Source: a virus
Lineage: Duplodnaviria > Caudoviricetes
Reading direction: 5' to 3' (one strand)
Length of the DNA stretch: 28,253 nucleotides
IMG/VR virus record: IMGVR_UViG_3300021133_000590
Location: 1-28,253 of that record
Positions 26,501 to 28,253 of the stretch are shown here, in pieces (within the stretch, counting starts at the first letter, position 1; every line of letters begins with the position of its first letter). A program made the translations under genes and the position numbers. The notes beneath the pieces were generated by a model, which ran no database searches, was not told where the DNA came from, and worked only from the letters and a program-made list of their open reading frames with translations.

Positions 26501-28253
26501 GTTTTCTAAACTCTTTTCTGTTTTTAGGAGTATCTAAATTTTCTTTTAGAAGACTTTGAGCTACCTTCAAATCTTCTTCTATAGAAGGTAATTTTGCTTC
26601 AGTTTCTACTATAAGTTTTTCTATTTCCTCTTTAGATGCTTCTACTCTTTTTATATCACTTTCAACAGTATTTAGAAGAGAGGACAATTTCATTTTTTGA
26701 AGATTGGATAATTCCCTATCCTTTTTATCTTGAATGTCTTTAGCTTCTTGTTCTTTTTCACTTTTGTCTTTCTGATAGTTTGCATAACTTTCTAAAAGTT
26801 GTTTTTCTCTTACATACCTGTCAAACATAGCATAACTCATACCATCAAATATCCTATCATGGAGACTTTGAAATCCTTTAGGATCAGTAATAACGTTTAA
26901 AGCTTTTACATAGTCACCATAGTCTTTACTTAAATTGATATGTTCAGATAGTAAAGATAGAGATTTATCAAACTCTTCTTTAGATATAGGAGTAGCTGTT
27001 TGACCTACTTCATCATTTAATCCGTCTATATATCCTTTATGTGCATTTTGGAGATTTTCTAAATTAGCAGTTCTATTTGGTAAACCCGCTCTTAATACCT
27101 TTAGAGTTTCTTTGTCTTCATCCGAATGTTTTTGATGAGACTCTTCTACATTATAAGCAGTTTGCCATTGTTGCAGACTTTCTAATTGTTTCTCAAAAGC
27201 CTCTCTTTGTATTTTAGTATCTTCTAATTCTTTTTGCCCTTCTATGGGTTTAAGGATTTGAAGTTGCTTTTTGATATTTAGAATTTCTTTAGCTGTAGCT
27301 TTTTTATCTCCTAAAGTGTTAAGTATCCTGGAACCGTGTTTTGATATAGACACACCTACCTCTTTAGGGTCAATAAACTGTCCCTCAATAGCCATTTTTC
27401 TTTCTAAAGCTTTTTTTGATTGGTAGTCTAAAGTGGCAATACATTCAATAGCCTCATCTAGTGCCCTTTTTTGCATTTGAGCATTGTAGTATTTATTGTC
27501 TGCTACATTCTTATTAAAAATATCTTCTACTTTTATTTGTTTTTGTTGAAGTTCATTAAACCTTTGTTCGTTTTTAACTTTATCCTCATCAGATAGTTTT
27601 AAATGGTCTTCTCCGGTTTTAACATCTGAATATTCATTTAATAAATCCTGATGTGCTTTTGCCCTTCTTTCTTCAGCCGTTTGTAATTCTTTTGATGCCC
27701 TACCTTCATAGTATTCAGGAGTTATAAGATCTGAAAATTTATTTTTTAGTGCATTCCACCTATTATAGTATTCAGTAACTCCTTGAATGATGTTATCAAC
27801 AACTACTTTAGGTTGTGGATACTTAGTAACATCATCCCCCATATCAGTGGGTTTCATATTTGGACACGCTTCATAAAACTCTTTTGCATCCATATTTCCC
27901 ATATTTTTCATTGTATATAGGAATGAATCAAACTCTCCATTTTTTATAAATGTAGAAACTGTTTTAGCAAATAGATCATTTTTAGCGTTATGATAAGCAT
28001 ATTTATTTCCCTGTGATGCTGCATCAGCCATATTATTAGTAGCTAACCCTGTACTCTTTATAGCATCTATATGTGTTTTTAAAACATTTTTAGGATCTTT
28101 ATAAAAAGTGTTCATGAGTTTTAAGTTCTCATTTACAATAGCTTTTCTATTTTCAGATGCTTCTTTATATGCAGGAGAGACGTTAGTCATCACTTTCTCT
28201 CTTACACCAGACAATAGAGTATGTATAGGAGTCATAAATAAACCTCCTGTAGC
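14517..28253 (-). CDS. Giant virion-associated DNA-dependent RNA polymerase polyprotein, crAss-like (>4,570 aa; 5'-truncated)
   Basis: Catalytic motif TGADNDIDK (18126-18152) preceded by GTRIPY..KNS. Also VDDGHG, SLKMVH, YLKFSI.PL and TDNAKE...KLNL as in crAss-like two-barrel RNAPs. Zincin HEAFH (22764-22778) with downstream EEYLAD. Long coiled coil at about 25500-26800. The frame is open to the window end (ATGGLFMTP...). Confidence 0.88.
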   Translation of the reverse strand, partial: ATGGLFMTPIHTLLSGVREKVMTNVSPAYKEASENRKAIVNENLKLMNTFYKDPKNVLKTHIDAIKSTGLATNNMADAASQGNKYAYHNAKNDLFAKTVSTFIKNGEFDSFLYTMKNMGNMDAKEFYEACPNMKPTDMGDDVTKYPQPKVVVDNIIQGVTEYYNRWNALKNKFSDLITPEYYEGRASKELQTAEERRAKAHQDLLNEYSDVKTGEDHLKLSDEDKVKNEQRFNELQQKQIKVEDIFNKNVADNKYYNAQMQKRALDEAIECIATLDYQSKKALERKMAIEGQFIDPKEVGVSISKHGSRILNTLGDKKATAKEILNIKKQLQILKPIEGQKELEDTKIQREAFEKQLESLQQWQTAYNVEESHQKHSDEDKETLKVLRAGLPNRTANLENLQNAHKGYIDGLNDEVGQTATPISKEEFDKSLSLLSEHINLSKDYGDYVKALNVITDPKGFQSLHDRIFDGMSYAMFDRYVREKQLLESYANYQKDKSEKEQEAKDIQDKKDRELSNLQKMKLSSLLNTVESDIKRVEASKEEIEKLIVETEAKLPSIEEDLKVAQSLLKENLDTPKNRKEFRKLEQSLRGKVKYLKNTVDRLKEQSQDISLSLESLSTLKERYSRAIEELERTSKPFESLHNIKDIEESITKEQPNELTQKYQGYKIEYAIQETQDQIDELNSRIEHFQKVVDVTEKAINDIFNIVNFTDEDGGYPKRSLEIQQQQLIEKFENYSQDLKDAQSYLQILNEKHQRLVQTKEARENIALHIDTLEYISTIKEALKEKKVDVSSNKTETTETKKTQEQKQKVKEKRVDNTAKEVVSNALSGTPLSQEAKDDLTPEIKNAIKEAQEKLEQLKENVEAYPNGTDSEKEQLQKEEEAKIKAELEEQVKQLLEDDVELWDPKLNGLYEPPKAINGYYKLSLPNPIGTRSFKTKREYNDALRAYVENESKPGGKFEKIEGTDFQKGQTIYNKQGEAFLIQTGANDEGRVELKQKGKNNKINASIKTLNADYSDSLSELKPPTNPIENVEKTRDNPTVTVIENENGEKTLDSHKINFNDIFGIQLSKNKNESEADAALRFTNFILNNGVQLIGDDATLELTALQNKEYKGENSYTENLFENPNIRMRKAPLVYQLNIKVGNKIEPVYLRPNAAYYEFNVNGQWITPLQLIERADGKKLFYEFFNPPAEFYDKESSVTTTDIYNSFKNDIKKSAALDIVLSKMKDRDQLKGTQVTDLLGFDIVSYMRYGGDNALKNETYPYSPLSEIPVSNSNYAKTVGAPTITLNGQEFPAIIVNNKIDADKKPFILWADPEATSLEDSPIYQSTKQYRGDYPGTYSLLHQLSTGEIHWIELSPFEMSIQEVSQRLSAIDKLIATHDGDLVKYLNDVPGGSEAVNNYLKDIFIVTNPYHTKGVIDENQKWKIVPALSQYQEGNKLKKETGEWGMTLHISQTIGEKEERQEFHLTMEKPSFSSVKDFVDSINRTLHERDSSGELKHKALAPLKVSEDDFRNQVFEDDINSIMNMKTNYAVANNNIVDKVDVLWHFKGDYEKIINDAMPKVIAKPVYSDKALEALKNKIINEKELSSDMMGNIFKVINEKEYNDWLEKQDMQSYEAANNNKLALAENNDHLYRIISKDFLPLFIDYKTQKSAFELTLANSKLLINNDYYQKEGQWFREDGTPVVDLQTEINSITAGTPIISEAQINEKLTKQQVLENETTTPSTPVETVDWSQAFEEHGDNRKSFVEKRIGKEEHFDLVSIDNIEEFNKWCEQNLPTDILSVEDRGVFIKNLLDNNVTVGTFYSYMEGINQKGKMSVYKNTPFKYHEAFHGVFRLLLNQQQIDQLLSIAAKENFATPEKLQAFREKGYNYAEHEIKARFYEEYLADKFEAWKQNHKTDTSHVVKSFFRKIVDFFKELWAKLSGNKIEGLFYEINRGKFRNARLQENMFTGQKGIAINQPALKSIPVGTQEINGTIINRYLPQQDANNLSSSIAALFLKQLNSDPIYQRTKKYDKNTILDNILDMYAETFDLSNKDRMDAYKKLADSNFKDPEEKRRWREKLFDRAYLFNKYEKDGKTPNLSRKYLKESVDEYLKIFGLKQKLDADKAEADELEDGILNTNKLERESAFTIGGFGALPTLMRQFIGTTTYTLEEKGKRDEFFNHSFSNGQPMVMAVDANKVYNGMLKCLSNTSDSKVILDKIINFIQNDNNPETKQFINFLFENAGIDPKNVKDSCGNIIATKNANLLQQVVKAFNQYFVNTKYIGIIGDKFTVSDANVKDASYYQISNWQNNFTQTFYNNFIANPTQEKLKTATNSLRILKNLIDYKDTTVTDHTINEKSKEISNALENYLGISLHPDYIKYSILKSKVKPDDQPQTLTKEQKDWVSSYPLVTEIQPGPLENLIGQLNSDDKNIFSKDEKGAKTSYQTLKFWADGNMIFDEGINLMSHTNAAGENVTNYVLPFYSAVQIGDMNKGYTEWLKGLSTDFQKEVENNPLLKNDNFKYLMNKGMLSVEFIDGMRLEKETGDDEEEIQNEWVDTYVDPETGKVVEGGYKLSDKKVRMDKSKEGLTYTDFNDKDFISSLFSFYNIIGQNDCQVFKSKDSSFYRVLVPIRVPAEKSMFSIIKLPVIHSVLKNAEGKITLTENALSILYNRIEEEFNRIRDVHNMTSDNKPLSGHNKIEDWNTGKMKGLKLFVTEDWVGSELKKDIETEAKKEDGNLSSLKEKIEKQLNKYLLGDKGQVQQMINKMVKEGMIIEDDGDYVSAGRLENQGLVPGYLFNGLGEKEDGKLFLSKGNFKQNVAQVYINAFLNTSLINNLLHGDESKLYKNSTYIVKRESGTMATGPSMEGVIADKNVGVEKALKEYYHLTYTDETVNKKLTPDYTLEVDDGHGLCTAKGYLYMLYGKGTLNTTQAAILQKLINGQKVTPEEFFESGGLKDNGAFNSLKMVHNDGQVYLKFSITPLFKSFTSYRDSDGFWKARPGKEALHDLRVALENFEDRKETVAIAHPTSSSKMLTRNVYDTSKGFKNVEDHHFEKLQTKFFKEQLQNPSNKVEITDPSQPKLQLPAEQNLDTLTMYKGKMVPIEEVLKIYMDNIAQRISNNFTTARDGLFKIEDVTKNIKDSIDAGKVTPELAKFLTSAKENLEATGANSQMLEFMELDKNGQPKYNINFPSILPKIESIFFSYFSKGVLRETVPGHSMALVSPAHGAGLQVKEVKSIWTQADIDKYGEDQKLLGQPKEWVVVTQREFEKSPKKYNQLKKYNNKDERRFDGLEKALKKGPVYILDDLRDNYLKFKNNEPIGYFTEALIPAHFKEQAINGFTDEDRFGFGTRIPYVDKNSATSFEFVDQLPVEMGSVIMAAREYYERTGADNDIDKDYVSVPDTYVNSGGERIQYGYAKTEQGQFNEYVHYLLNNNKDVKSLYYRDKLYTTDGVIQALTDNFDKDARIKNVLKDLKLPSNIEEFIKAGGVKLNNGVLNNNILAAKIAMLNNKETVKNANTPTTTQPLIDVVDDLVKDFEEFKDKDGTYGQFVYNMLTEKNADVNSFLGMVNDRAATMMGADSIGSVATANIVYSFLNHMKVDLRNSAITIDGHSFNSFNNVYAWDKETQSYKNDPKTRIFAALACLTNTMTDNAKERNANKLNLGKTATGFAAYLLATGMPEKTAYLYMIQPSMLQYTKLKTSGILSTEGESLSATTYLKSRIKELTDAKVIAKELTTQDLIDNIKEDGIDESKELAILQDIQKMEKQSETYFKVAKVLRLNQGIKGTMEDFDTILSDLKDLGIKIENGKIEKIEGKEFEKLPTCIDIRDALTKNHSFMADILNAVKQIDSCMPSMFIERTELFKNMTDGAMKSLVPPVSPIELPKFKRDLKYDLISYLSIRALKNALETPGNPLYQQNNSLNQNLIYGESDDNIVNKIQKVKDALKNATKKGVTNYLLEYYLVTSEPSDKTGYLHVVEANTWAKLSDIQQNKLIASFVDLYQDAYKRYGVYTHDLANDMFNYLLVKDGGQFKNGSFIKMLPPFIFKDIMNKIGTTNEAMKSNSSYESLFGKGVNEQSLLTEFLKGYTTHIANKKLILNVPYSDSTRKLIVKQKLQGEGNSIVVNAFGDIRANNNNTTDKKIGGFSEVEKQKLKDNKEKLSEAGFTMNDGSLSFPMAFQQGNRLYTLKEVYQKNEEEGKWKPVLTDSFLAKGEFVPTGLKAKYVETEWTGSKNQFPAASAIGPVPVYKLSEMEQKYKNRLDKSVVKDASRENMKNKGYTKKIISIKLGDDKTASVEKIVTPEGKLVGTKGELYTPNIENGVITSVTDASSRNVQLLPTQLLGDLAKLDNIIKAKEVVPSQPTTTQGNKQVIPLTENFSRQSVKNDSKHLYLFTDNAKRTSGSNKIEDGEYTKKYGQGNYPTMTQAVIRGLDNAMPITTMVDDKRTQWNDSKFNEYKKIIDSEIVDIKDKLSSSKYDGLKFAGQMPFGKGQISDMKNAAPKIWNYLNERLKEIGIDNTGEKPIATITQGKNIKERSQALLDSVYTSDELNNLFKNRKDKTRNSVQYRDKINDVTKGVLEMNWNSKKEQQESLKSIINCL

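Noticed and set aside
1-28253. Stop-codon reassignment as in some crAss-like phages
   Set aside because: Multi-kilobase ORFs are intact under the standard code, and TAG, TGA and TAA each end plausible genes.
14517-28253. Intein in the RNAP polyprotein
   Set aside because: No convincing intein N-terminal block, LAGLIDADG motif or HN-[CST] splice junction recognised by eye.
1-28253. tRNA, rRNA or CRISPR array
   Set aside because: The window is almost entirely coding; no cloverleaf-like or regularly spaced repeat pattern seen.

Overview
AT-rich phage DNA, standard genetic code, most consistent with a crAss-like (Crassvirales-type) phage of a Bacteroidota host. The right three-quarters is a minus-strand cassette of giant putative virion cargo/ejection proteins. 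It comprises a >4,570 aa protein (5'-truncated) with coiled coils, an HExxH zincin and a crAss-type RNA polymerase core (variant motif GADNDIDK); a 386 aa EExxH zincin-like protein; a free-standing GIY-YIG homing endonuclease; and a 1,666 aa protein with a PD-(D/E)XK nuclease domain and a C-terminal hydrophobic helix. The left quarter interleaves plus-strand DNA-metabolism genes (recA 3' end, HNH nuclease, degenerate uracil-DNA glycosylase) with minus-strand tail-fibre/adhesin-like genes, and carries Bacteroidota-type TAnnTTTG promoters. The most striking observation is a histidine-phosphatase fold that appears circularly permuted and split between the 386 aa and 1,666 aa proteins, with the homing endonuclease between the halves. 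Consecutive cargo proteins also carry cysteines at their facing termini. Together these suggest a head-to-tail docked chain of ejected proteins. All family calls come from motif recognition by eye, not from database searches.
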